A stretch of DNA of 64,000 bases from the human T2T-CHM13v2.0 reference genome, Homo sapiens, in assembly GCF_009914755.1 (NCBI RefSeq), contig NC_060926.1; one strand, given 5' to 3'. Made by a program: the position numbers and the translations under genes. Of this stretch, positions 13,573 to 24,897 are shown one piece after another. Positions within the stretch are counted from its first letter, which is position 1, and each line of letters opens with the position of its first letter. A model generated the notes under the pieces. The model was not told where the DNA came from. It did not search any database and saw only the letters and a list, made by a program, of their open reading frames with translations.

Positions 13573-16559
13573 TCATCAGCCCAGTCATGCCCAGTACTCA
13601 TGCCCACACTGTTTCTTCTTTGTCCCTCACTGGTCATTCTGTGCCCACCAACCAACTCCTGGTGCCTAACTTTGCTTCTTGGGCACTTTGATCCCAGCAG
13701 GGGTACCCTGATGAGGAAAGAACACAGATCCACTCTGGGGAAGAGATGATCTGGCAGTCCGTGCTGTACAATAACTCTGGGTGCATTTGTTTATTGTCTC
13801 CAAGAGACTGAGTGTCCCAGAGTATGCTGATAAGTCCAATGTCCAAGTCTGCGAAGAAAAAGTTGATAGAAGTCTCTCCCGTGGGGGTTCGATGTGTGCC
13901 TGGAATCTGTGGGGTCCTGATGCCTCTATCTGTCTCGAGGGAGGACTTGACTTTGGAAAGGGAGGCCCTACAGAAAGGCCACCCTCAGAGGTCCCATCTA
14001 CATCATTCTCCCTCTCCCCACCTCTCTGGTACCACCTCTAAATACAGAAACACCTTCAAAAAACTCACGTGGGTTAAGTTTCCCATATACAGACACGTTT
14101 AGAAGAAAGTTTCCCATATATAGACATATTTAGGAAAGATACTAGTTCCTCCTTGTTTCACTCATTGCTTCAAGCACAGCCAGCCCACCCCTGCATTCCC
14201 CCTTAGATGCTGGGTGTCCCCGATGGGGCTGCTGACAGGCCCTTTCTTCAGTTGCAGGGTGAACATCATACCTGTGACCCTTCCTCACCCAAGGGGAAGG
14301 CAAGGAGGAAAGACTCAGGGGAGGGCGGGGAAACTCTTTGGCTCCCAGCCGGCTCACACTAAAATGCGGTAAACAAGGTCTGTGTTGCAATCGGGCGCCT
14401 GAGAGGAGGTCAAGGAGGTTGAATGCTGGGCTGGGGCTCAAGGCAGAGCAGGGCAGGGCGCAGGGAGCCCTAGCTGGAGGGAAAGGAACCAGCCTGGAAA
14501 GGTCTGGAATCAGGAAAACCATGGCGTGGGGGCTGGGAGAAGAGGAAGACCTGGTTGGTAAAGGCGGGGCAGCAGGAGGAGAGGAGAGGGAAGAGGCCAT
14601 GGGCCACAGACAAGGCAAGACCTGGAGAGGTCAGAAGTACAAGGCACGGGCGGCAGGGAGGGTGGGTCATCCTGGCACCATGCAGCTTTAAAGCTACCCA
14701 GTGAGCTTCAAGGGGCTGCTCCTTGCCAACTCCCTGCTATTACCTCTGGGTGTTTGGAGTGTGTCTGCCCCACCTCGTCCCTCCCACCTTCCAACTCCTC
14801 AAAAGAGAAACTTCCAGCACTGGGAACTACCCCCAAGACTAAATCTCCGCACAGGGGAGTCGCCTCTCAGATCTAAGTTTCCCTGGGAGCAGGGACCGCG
14901 CAAACTTAGAGCCCCCTGGAAACTGGATGGTAAAGATCATGAGTTATTTAGACTTATGCATATGCCAGCCGGGATGGTGCACCTGACACCTTATGCACAT
15001 TCATTGCTTCATGGGATCCTCTCAACACCAGGAGGGAGATGCTTCCCATTTGACAGAAAAGTGAGGAGCACAGAGGGGAAGTATTTGCTCAGAATGCATT
15101 AGAAGCCTGGTTCTTCTGTAAGCAAACCTTATTGACCAACCTGTATTTAGGGACTGGGCATGGAGTGGTGAAAGAGGGAAAAAGTCCCAGCTCTCATGGA
15201 GCCCATGATATTTTAGAGAGGGAAAGGGACAATCCAGGAAATAGACAAATAGCCACTTTCAGCTAGTGATCAAGAATTTACAAAGGTAAAAGAGTGGCAA
15301 GTGGGGGGTGGAGTGTTACTCTGGCTGGGAAAGTCAGGAGATGCCCCTGAAAAGGCCCTGCAGACACCCAGGGGAAGGTCTTGGCAGGAAGGTCGGGGGC
15401 TGGGGGGCCAGGAACCAAAGCTTCCTGAGCCTTGGAAAAGAGGGATGGGAAGATGCTTGAAGGGACAGAGGAAGTGAGAGTGAAGGCTGTTCCACAGGCA
15501 TCCAGGCTAGAGAGGAGGGGATCTGGGGTGGGCTGAAGCCGGGCAGGCACTGGAGGGGCAGAGAGGAGAGGATGGAGTATATGGAGGGCGTGAGGGCAAA
15601 GAGAGCAGGAGGATGTGGAGCCTGAACTACCGAGGCCTGGGAGAGAGCAGAAATGGAGAGGTAGGTTTGGACTCTAAAACTCAAGCACTTTACCATTGAC
15701 AGGGACTTTGTCTTTTTCTTCTTTGTCCCTCATTGGTCAGGACAGTTGTGACTACATAGTAGGTATTCAATCACTTCATTCATTTAGTCAATGAATATTT
15801 ATTGAGAACCTACTACATGCCTGGCTCTGTCGTAGGCACCAGCGATACACTGGTGAACAGGACAATGCCCTTGGCCTCTTGGAGCTTACATTAAAAGGGG
15901 GAGAGAGGACAAGTAAATATGTGTATGTGGGCAGAAGAGAAAAGAGAATGGAGGGGCTGTTTTAGATGTGGGGGTCGTCGTAGGCCTCTCTGATAAGGTG
16001 ACATCTGAGCCCAGACTTTAAAGAAGTGAGCTGGTGAGTCTTAAATGGGAGTATCTGGAGGAAGAACATTTCAGGCAGAAGAAGCAGCAAGTACAAAGGC
16101 CCCGAGATGAAAGAGTGTTTGCTGACTGAACAACAGATCTAGTGCTTGTTGACTGAATGATCAGGAATTGTGTCCCTACCAATACACTTGAAACTCTCTA
16201 AGGAACATGCCTGGATCTTCCTCATCAGGCAAGAGTGGTCAGAGGGGTGGGAAGGAGCCACTTCCTGCCTTTCTTTAAGCCATTCCTCTTTCCCCAGCCC
16301 TGGCCAGGCCTAGAAGCAGGGGTCAGGGAGGGTCAAGTGCCGAGTCTGTCACAATCTGGACAAAGGGCAGAGAAAGTCAAAGAATAGGCAGGCTCCATGC
16401 TGTCCCACAGCCCAGTACTCATGCCCATGCTGTTTCTGCTTTTAACACCTGGGGGTCCACCCGGTAATCCAACCCCCACCTCTGCCCCTGCCATGTTTCC
16501 CCTCACACTAAAACTCCCTGCTTCTCTGGACATTCTTCTCCTGGTGCGGTATTTGTCTC

Positions 16560-17024
16560 TGCAGGGTTTAAGGGAAAGCTTCTTCACCCTCTGAAGTTTC
16601 AATGAAAAATAAACTCACAAAAGGCACATTAAATGGAGAAAAGGTATATACATTAATTCAAGGTGTACACCCCGGGAGAATCACGGAGTATGCCCACCCC
16701 TCAGCAGTGCTCAGAAGCTTCTATACTATCCTGGCAGAACAGGTGATGGGAGAGGAGAGAAGACGAATTCTGTAGAGGGGCTAGCCGAATGGATCAGGGA
16801 ATAGAGATTAACTTGCCGGGTGTGGTCACATTCTCAGTCCTACAGGGAGGAGAAGAAACACAATTGTTCCTTTTGGTGGGTCTGGATGTTAGGCAGATAA
16901 AGGAACTTCAGTTTCATCCTGTGTTTTGGGAGAGACGGTGAGGGGAGGGAAGGTCAGAGAGACCTTGAGGCTTTTTCAGTTGTGTATGTCAAAGCGCCAT
17001 GCTTTGGGACTTCTGACCCCAATA
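16560..17024 (-). mobile_element. ERV1 solo LTR (MER31/MER39-like), antisense
   Basis: Minus strand starts TATTGGGGTCAGAAGTCCCAAAGCATGGCGCTTTGACAT, homologous to the LTR at 12461; putative TSD TCTC/CCTC. Confidence 0.65.
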
Positions 17025-17383
17025 CCTCTGGCTATCTCACCAGGATTTGAGAGGGCTGTGGATGCTGCCACTCCCCGCACCACCCCAACCCCCTAAGCCA
17101 GAGAGGTACCAGGAGACTCCAGGTCTTAGAGTCTCAGCTCAGATTCCACCCAAATTCTGGCCATATTCCCAGTCCTCATGTGAGCATAAGATGATCAGAA
17201 CTGGATAGTCACTTCCTCCTTATTATTCTTAAGTCATTTCTGCTTCTCCAACTATCTTGCTGACAAGACATGTTGCTCTAAATTCTACTGATTCAATACT
17301 TTTCTATTCTTACCAACAAAGCGTAACAGGCTGTGAGAAACATGCCTGACCACACACGAAACTGGAGAAGGCAGTGGGTGCAG

Positions 17384-17440
17384 ATGACCCGACCTGACTG
17401 TTCTTCTGATTTTAATTCCAGGCACTTCCCTCTTGGCCAG
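17384..17440 (+). CDS. TMEM37: Candidate alternative first coding exon of TMEM37 (MTRPDCSSDFNSRHFPLGQ); would give a 202-aa isoform
   Basis: ATG at 17384, 57 nt without a stop, strong phase-0 donor CAG|GTGAGA compatible with the phase-0 acceptor at 24346. Usage cannot be shown from sequence. Confidence 0.5.
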
Positions 17441-18311
17441 GTGAGATGCTATGATCCAGAATCTCACCTGGGAGAGCCCACAGGGCATTCTTAGGGCTCA
17501 GTGAAAGGATACCCCCGCAACAGGACAGGTCTTCCTTTCCCATGTGGGCTCTTTATCCAGAACCCAGAGCTGCGGAGAGTCTGGCTTCTGGGACCCTTGA
17601 CTGGGGAGAAAGCAGGTGGGGGCCACGGAGGGAAGGCCCCAGAGCAGAGAGGCACCAGGCTGGCTGAGCCTGGGCAGCTGCCCTTTGCCTTAGCTCAGTG
17701 GTTCTCAAAGCCTGGCCCCCAGGCCAGCAGCACCAACATCACTTGAGGCCACTCAGCCAGAAACTCTGCAGTGGGGCCTCGCAATCTGTTTTAACAAACC
17801 TTCCAGGTGACTCTGGTGCAGAATGGTGGCAAGAACTCAAACCTGGACTAGGCCTGCTGGGTAAGTGGAGTCCCAGCTCTCCAGTGGACTCAATGTGGGT
17901 GGCCTGGGCCAAGCCTTCCTGTGCCTGGGCCATTTCTCCGTTTGTCAAGCTCCAGGACTGGGGTAAAGGATTTGACAAGGTCTGTTGGGCAGGGATGGAA
18001 TCAGATGAATATCTAAGTGGAAGATATACAGACAATTGTAACTACCCCTCTTTCTCACATGGCTCTAAAGGGGAAAACAGATGAGTGCAGTTGCTTTGTC
18101 TTTGGGTAAAGTCACCAGGAGCTGCCTGCCTGAGTGAACCAGACAATTTAATGTGTGCCATTTAGTGAGGGGCCTTGTTTTACCACCACATTTGAGGATG
18201 GGGGGAGGGAAGCCTTTCTGTTGGAATTTGTGGCCCTTGGACACTCCTCCCACCTCCACCCTTTTTGGCGGTAAAAGCTTTTAGGTGCTGCCTCTTTAAG
18301 AACTCAGATCC

Positions 18312-18619
18312 GGCCGGATGCGGTGGCTCATGCCTGTAATCCTAGCACTTTGGAAGGCCGAGATCGGTGGATCACCTGAGGTCAGGAGTTCGAGACCAGC
18401 CTGACCAAAATGGTGAAACCCCCGTCTCTGCTAAAAAATACAAAAATTAGCAGGGCTTGATGGGGCGCGCTTGTAATCCCAGCTACTCGGGAGGCTGAGG
18501 CAGGAGAATCGCTTGAACGGGTTTGAACCCAGGAGGCGAAGGTTGCAGTGAGCCGTGATCGCGTCATTGCACTCCAGCCTGGGCCACAAGCGCTAGACAA
18601 CGTCCAGAAAAAAAAAAAG
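18312..18619 (+). mobile_element. AluS upstream of the TMEM37 promoter
   Basis: Full dimeric Alu, CpG-rich, with a small internal duplication (CTTGAACGGGTTTGAACCC). Confidence 0.9.
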
Positions 18620-18779
18620 AGAGACCTCAGTTCCCATCGAGGTGGAGAAAAAATAACCACATTTGTTTGGCATATTTGCATTTTTAATAGTCCCTGAGGA
18701 GTTCAGGAGGAAACAGGGTTTTACATCCCCTTTTAGGGACGCAAGTAGGATTGCCCCAAAAAGTTCCACTCCGTTCACA

Positions 18780-19700
18780 CTCAGCGAGGGCCCGGCAAGA
18801 GCCCCACCTTTCACATTCATTATTTCCCTTACTAACCGAGGCTCCGAGACGCTAAACAAGCAGCCCAAGGTCACACCGCAGAGTGAGGGCAGCAGAGCCT
18901 CTGCGCCTGCCTCCTCCCTTCGGACCCTGCCGCGTTCCCAGAGGCTGGACTCAGCAAGCTGGAACAGGAATCGAACCCTCAGGCCCTCGTCGCCGTCCCA
19001 GCCCTCGAGGAATCTGCGCCCCAGGCGAAGCTGTCCTCGGAGGTTCGGGAGCGTCGGAGTGACTTCCCGATCCTTTCCCCTGGGACCCGAGGGATCCCTC
19101 CCCCCAAGTGCCGGGTCCTCCCCGCGGCTCCCCAGGGGCTCCTCCGGCCGCCCTCGCTGACTCAGCGTAATCCGAGCCGCGGAGGGCGGCGGGGTTGGCG
19201 GAGCCCGCCCGGGGTTAATCGCCGAGCTTTGAACGCCCCCTCCCGCCCCGCCCGCCTCCAGCAGCCGCCCCGCCCCTGCGGAGAAGTCCCGGGCTGGCGC
19301 CGGCGGCCACAGCGGAGCAGCTGGAGCGATCGAGGCTGCAGCGCGGCCGCCGGGCGCAGCATGACTGCCGTCGGCGTGCAGGTAGCCGGCGCCTGGCGGG
19401 GCGCTGACCCGGGGTGCTGCCCCGCCGTGGGAGGTTGGGGGTGGGAGGACGGAGGGAGGGGCGTACCCACCGCGAGCGCCGGCGTCGGGCTGGGGGTGCG
19501 AGCGCCCCCCGTGCCCGCCCCCTGTTGCAAACCTGGGTCCGGAGGAGGCTGGGCGGGGAGCAACCTCGGGGGGCCTGCCTGCCTCACATAGCTGCTCCCG
19601 AGGCGCGGACTCCGGCTGCTTCTGCTCGCGGCCTTGCAAGCACCCGAGGCTCCCAAACTTCATTTGGAAAGATTTTTCTTCTCTTTGGTGTCACCAGTGA
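18780..19700. promoter_or_regulatory. TMEM37: CpG island / TATA-less promoter of TMEM37
   Basis: Very high GC and CpG density around exon 1; GC boxes (CCGCCC) at ~19205, 19243-19257 and 19265-19276; palindromic CGCTGACTCAGCG at 19155-19167. Confidence 0.9.
19361..19381 (+). CDS. TMEM37: TMEM37 coding exon 1 (MTAVGVQ)
   Basis: GCAGC-ATG with A at -3, 21 nt, donor CAG|GTAGCC in phase 0; joins exon 2 to give 190 aa. Confidence 0.93.
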
Positions 19701-22700
19701 CTTACTGGTCAGTTTACCATAAGGGTCCCCCTTTGTGAGAAATGAGGCGCGTCTGGGGTGGAGGGACAGAATCGACTTGCAAAGTGAGGCTTATGTAACA
19801 GAGGATGCGTCTCTTGGGAAGTTAGACCTTTCTGGGGGTGGAGGTTAGGAAGACCGTCTCCCTCCCCAAAGCTGCGTTTGGGGTGCTGGGCTGGGGGTGG
19901 ACTTGCTGAGTCGCGCGGACACCTCAGGGAAAGGCTCTGGCGAGGGAAGAAGCCCGTGTCTCCGAAGATTTGGCTTCTCCTTAGCGTAGTGCACGATGTT
20001 TATGTTGGCTAAGAACCTACACATTCCTACCCGCTCCCTCGGGCCTGCTGCTCCCCAAAGGGAAGTCAGTGGGTGGCGGTACCGCTGCCCAGCGGGCGAA
20101 CTTCCTTTCCGCGCAACTCGCCCGCTGCAGAGTCTATCCGCTGGACTGTCTCCAGGATTAGAGAGGCCCGTTGACTTCGTGTACAAACGCTCAGCCACAA
20201 CACTGACCTAGTAGACACCGTTCTGCCCATTGTATAGATGAGGTAACCGAGACTCAGAAGTAAGGTGCCCTCCGTGGCTGGCCAAGGAACAGAATCAAGA
20301 TTCAAACCCAGGGCTTTCTGGCTCCAAATCCCACTGGCTCCTCCTGCCTTTACCTAACGGGAGAAACCCCACCCACAGGACACCCCCAAAACCGCTTCTA
20401 TAGCCAGGACCTAGGCACCTGGGCGAAGCCGGGCATGGGGCGCAGGGAATTCCTCCCCTTTGTTCTGGGGGATGTCTGGAATCCCGGCCAGGCAGCATGG
20501 TGGGACAGACCAGGTGCGGTCCCTCCCCTCTAGGAGCTTACAGCCCATGTAGGGAGAGAGACTTGGAAACAGGGCATGGGGGAGCGAATGCTAAATTAAG
20601 AGGTGCAAAAGTTGCCAGACGGGGAAGAGGAGGAAGCCTGGTAGCAAGGTGGGAGCTCAGCTGGGGAGGCCACAGGCTCCAGGTGAAGGGCGGGTGCTCC
20701 GGCCGCTTCGGGATGATAACTCTTCATCCCCACAACCATGACTTGCCAGGGGGCAAACACAGGTAGGAAGCAAGTTCTGGGTCATGCAGGCAGCGGTGGG
20801 CCAGGCTGCAGCTGAGAGGAGCAGAGGCAGGCCGGCTCATCAGGAGGCTGTGAACTTCCAGGATGTTGACGATGGTGATGGCCTCACCTGGGTAGGGGCA
20901 GAGTGGGTGATGAGGGGGAGCAAATATGGGAGACATGTTGGGGATGTGCGGAATGAGTTGGGAGGAGCTTAATTTGTCTACCTGGGGGTGCTTTGGTTAA
21001 GGGGAACACATGAGGCCCTGGGTTATAGGAGGAAGACCATGACATTGGACTCAGTAGCCCAGTAGTGTCAAGTGACCCTATTCTATAGGTCACTAGAAAT
21101 CATGCAAGGTTACAGATGAAAAAGGAAAATGCTTACATTTTTAGCAGAGCAGTTAAGCTCCAGAGAGATTTAAGTGATTGCCTAAAGGTACCCTGCAGGG
21201 GTCCTCTAGGTCAGGGGCAGGACTTGACCTCCCCGCTCCCTTCTTTTCCACTGCACACTTGTCCAGCTGCCCTCCAGTAGCCGTTTCAGGCCCTGCATCA
21301 CTGAAAGCTGGTGGAGATGCCGGGTGGTTAGGAATGAAGACTCTATATGTGTTATTATTGTTATTAATATTAATAGCTACCATGAGTTGGGAGCGGCCCG
21401 TGTACCATGCATCTTTATATACAGGATCTCATTTGATTCCTGGGAGTTTCAGTGGTGGCCAGAGAGTTTAAATGAAGCCCTACTTTGGGGCAGGAGCGGG
21501 AGGAAACTAGATGAGGTCAGCTGTCTCCACTTTCTGATCCTGACGTGACATCTAAGGGCCTGGAGATTAAAGTCCAGTCTGCCTAGGACAGGTAGGGCTG
21601 GAGAAGGGACAGGACGTGCCTGTTTTCCAGCCAGCATGCTGTCTCGGGTTAAAAGGTTTCTGGGTCCTGTGATTTGTTCTCTGCCTGTGGTGCTCCTCCT
21701 TTTTAGGACCATTTATCATTCTCTAGGGACCTTGTAACCTTGCCAGGTGCCTTCATGGCTACGACTTTCCTGCAAGTGTCATTAACTTCATTTTCTAGAT
21801 GAGGAAACAAGGGCTCAGGAAGTTAAGAAACTGCCCAAGGACAAACACCTCTAATGGTTTGTGGAGTAGACACAGGTTTTCAAAGTTTCCTTTGGTTTCT
21901 TTCTTACCGGTAGATTTTTTTTTTTTTTGTAATAAAATGCAATACAGACTCCTGGACCCCCAATGTCCCAAGCAGGTACAGGGCTCAGTTGAAGTGAGGA
22001 AGGGGATGCAGAGCCAGCCTGCTCAGCTTCCCTGCCCACCCGGCTTCAGCACTGGAAGCCCCACCAGGAGCATGGGGACACAGTTTGAGAACCACAGCCC
22101 ATACTCTTAGCTCCATGTTTTTGACCGCACCCAGGCTGCCTTCATCTCAGCTAGGACCCAGGCTGGTCCTAGCTCTGGCATGGCCCTTGAGGCATCCCTC
22201 TGCACGCACCTTTTCCTCACCAAGAGGGCATGGGGCACAGGGAATTCCTCCCCTTTGTTCTGGGACATGTCTGGAATCCTGGCCAGGCAGCGTGCTGGGA
22301 CAGACCAAGTGCGGTCCCTCCCATCCAGGAGCTTACAGCCCATGTAGGGAGGGCTGTAAGGGCTCAGTACTGAGCCCCTAGCACAAAGGCCCTGTCCTTA
22401 GAAGGCCCTAGTCAGTATTTATTCGCTGAACGGATTCCACCTCCTGCATATCATACAATTGTCTGGGCAGCCATAAAGAGCTTCATTGTGCTTTAGGTGA
22501 GTGATCTCAGGCAAGTCACCTGCCCTCTGCATAGTTTCCTTCTCTGTACACCCACCATGGAGCTTCCTACTTTATCAACCTCATAGGTTTAAGAATAAAA
22601 TAGGATCCTACTTAAGGCAGAGGTGCTGAAAGCAAACTGCATCCTTATTCCTGTATCCCTGGGGTTGAAATTAGCGGTAGCTCCTGTGTCTGGGGCATGT

Positions 22701-24345
22701 GAGCAGATACTCTTGCTGGGCTCTTTGACCACAGGAGTCTCCCAGAAGCAGGGCTTTATTTTATGTCTCACACAGAGAGGAGTGGCCCAGACCTGCCTCA
22801 GGAAGCCTCCATTTGCCCATGGCATAGGACACACCCCATGTTCCTCACTGCTCCATTCTCCTGGGTCCTAGCAGTGACCGTCATGCGTGCCTGTTTTGCA
22901 TACCTCCCAAACCGAGGTGTAACCTGGGCAGCTTCTAGACACACTGCAAAGCAGGTCATTTAATGTATGACTGTGCAGGAGACTCAGTTTAAAGGAGCTT
23001 CAGACGGAAGTGACAGTGGTTGCCAATGACCTTTGACTTATCTCACAGCTCTCCCTTGAGCACCCACTGAATGCCCAGGTATTGGGGACACAGCAGTGCC
23101 TAAACACAGAATGTGGTGGTGTGGGGGTAGGGGGCGGCCTTCCCAGAGCACACAGTGTTGGAATGAGACAGAAATAATATGTAACTACAAACTGTCCTCA
23201 GAATGGTGAAGAATTTGAACAGGTGCCTGACACAGAATACCAGGAGGGGCCTGACTCTGGGTTGAGTGGGCAGGAAAGCACTCTCTGTGGAGGAGACTTT
23301 AAGCTGAGACATGAAGAATGGAGAAGAGGTGTTGTCCTGGAGGGGTGGCAGGAGCTGCAGAAGAGCCACTACAGGCTTAAGGGCCAGTCATCTGAGGAAA
23401 GAAAGTTCTAGACATGGGGAGAGGGGAGTGTGCTGGGAGCTGAGGTTGGGTGGGGAGGCGGAGCGGATTGTGAGAGGCTTGTGGGCTGTGTAAAGAGTTC
23501 CTGAAGTCTTTCTTTTGCTTTCTGGGTCAGGGCTTGGGTGCAGTGCCCGGGTGGTGTCCTTGAACTGTGAGATGAGACACCTCACTGGACACCTAGCCTG
23601 GCTTGCCAGGAGACCGGGGTGGGGGCGCCTCCTTCCAGGGCTGAACCGGAAGTGGAGGAGAGCTGCAATGGCCTTCCCATGCCCAGAAGCTGCAGGAGCA
23701 GACAATGGGGTTGGCAAGCTCTGGGTAGGGTACAGGCCGCACAGGTCTGAGGGCAAGATGCAAATGTCACTTTCAGTACCAAGAAAAACGAGGCAATAAT
23801 CTAGAGTCCTGGGCTGAACGTGGACAGCTCCCGAATCATCAGGTGGGTGGGGATTAGGACAAAATCGTGTATCCTGGGGAGATGGAGGGAAACAGAACTG
23901 TGTATTGGTGTGCTAATGTCTCAGTGCTTGGTACAACCCTGGCAACTCTGCCAGGCCGTATTCTTGTTTTATGTACAAAGAAACCGAGGCAGGCTGCATG
24001 CTCAAGGTCATGGGATGCAGGCACGACAGGTTTTCTGAACTCAGAACTGACTCAGATTTGCCAGTCGGTTTGGACTTCTCACCCACTCTGAAGATCACAA
24101 AAGAAAGAAAGGTCAGGAAGCTCTTAGTGCCTGGTGAATACTGGATGGTAAATGCTCACAGGTCTGGAAGGGAGGAAGGGTTCCCCCCAAACGGTGGGTC
24201 TGGTCTGTTCCGGGCTTCACAGGAGACCAAGCAGAGAATAAGACAGTGCGGAGCAGGATGGAGGGCTCAGGGGTCTTCCCTGCAGAGGTTCCTGGGGGCG
24301 TGGCAGGGCTGTGGCTGACAGGGTGCTTCCTACGGTTTTTTCCAG

Positions 24346-24897
24346 GCCCAGAGGCCTTTGGGCCAAAGGCAGCCCCGCCGGTCCTTCTTTGAATCCTTCA
24401 TCCGGACCCTCATCATCACGTGTGTGGCCCTGGCTGTGGTCCTGTCCTCGGTCTCCATTTGTGATGGGCACTGGCTCCTGGCTGAGGACCGCCTCTTCGG
24501 GCTCTGGCACTTCTGCACCACCACCAACCAGACGATCTGCTTCAGAGACCTGGGCCAGGCCCATGTGCCCGGGCTGGCCGTGGGCATGGGCCTGGTACGC
24601 AGCGTGGGCGCCTTGGCCGTGGTGGCCGCCATTTTTGGCCTGGAGTTCCTCATGGTGTCCCAGTTGTGCGAGGACAAACACTCACAGTGCAAGTGGGTCA
24701 TGGGTTCCATCCTCCTCCTGGTGTCTTTCGTCCTCTCCTCCGGCGGGCTCCTGGGTTTTGTGATCCTCCTCAGGAACCAAGTCACACTCATCGGCTTCAC
24801 CCTAATGTTTTGGTGCGAATTCACTGCCTCCTTCCTCCTCTTCCTGAACGCCATCAGCGGCCTTCACATCAACAGCATCACCCATCCCTGGGAATGA
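24346..24897 (+). CDS. TMEM37: TMEM37 coding exon 2; voltage-dependent calcium channel gamma-like subunit, 4-TM claudin/PMP22 superfamily protein
   Basis: Acceptor TTTTTTCCAG|GCC; 183 codons then TGA; four hydrophobic segments and the W...GLW..C...C signature ([24 protein letters not shown]); ends SITHPWE. Confidence 0.97.
   Translation, partial: AQRPLGQRQPRRSFFESFIRTLIITCVALAVVLSSVSICDGHWLLAEDRLFGLWHFCTTTNQTICFRDLGQAHVPGLAVGMGLVRSVGALAVVAAIFGLEFLMVSQLCEDKHSQCKWVMGSILLLVSFVLSSGGLLGFVILLRNQVTLIGFTLMFWCEFTASFLLFLNAISGLHINSITHPWE

Noticed and set aside
18593-19663. 356-aa antisense ORF and other ORFs over the TMEM37 promoter
   Set aside because: GC-rich CpG-island sequence is depleted of stops; the product is low-complexity G/A/P/R, has no recognisable domain and ends in an Alu tail.
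24358-24360. ORF-track start for TMEM37 (MGQRQ...)
   Set aside because: The codon is TTG (Leu) inside exon 2; the true start is the ATG at 19361 via splicing.
24217-24854. Antisense and alternative-frame ORFs (150-174 aa) over TMEM37 exon 2
   Set aside because: Shadow ORFs of a GC-rich coding exon.
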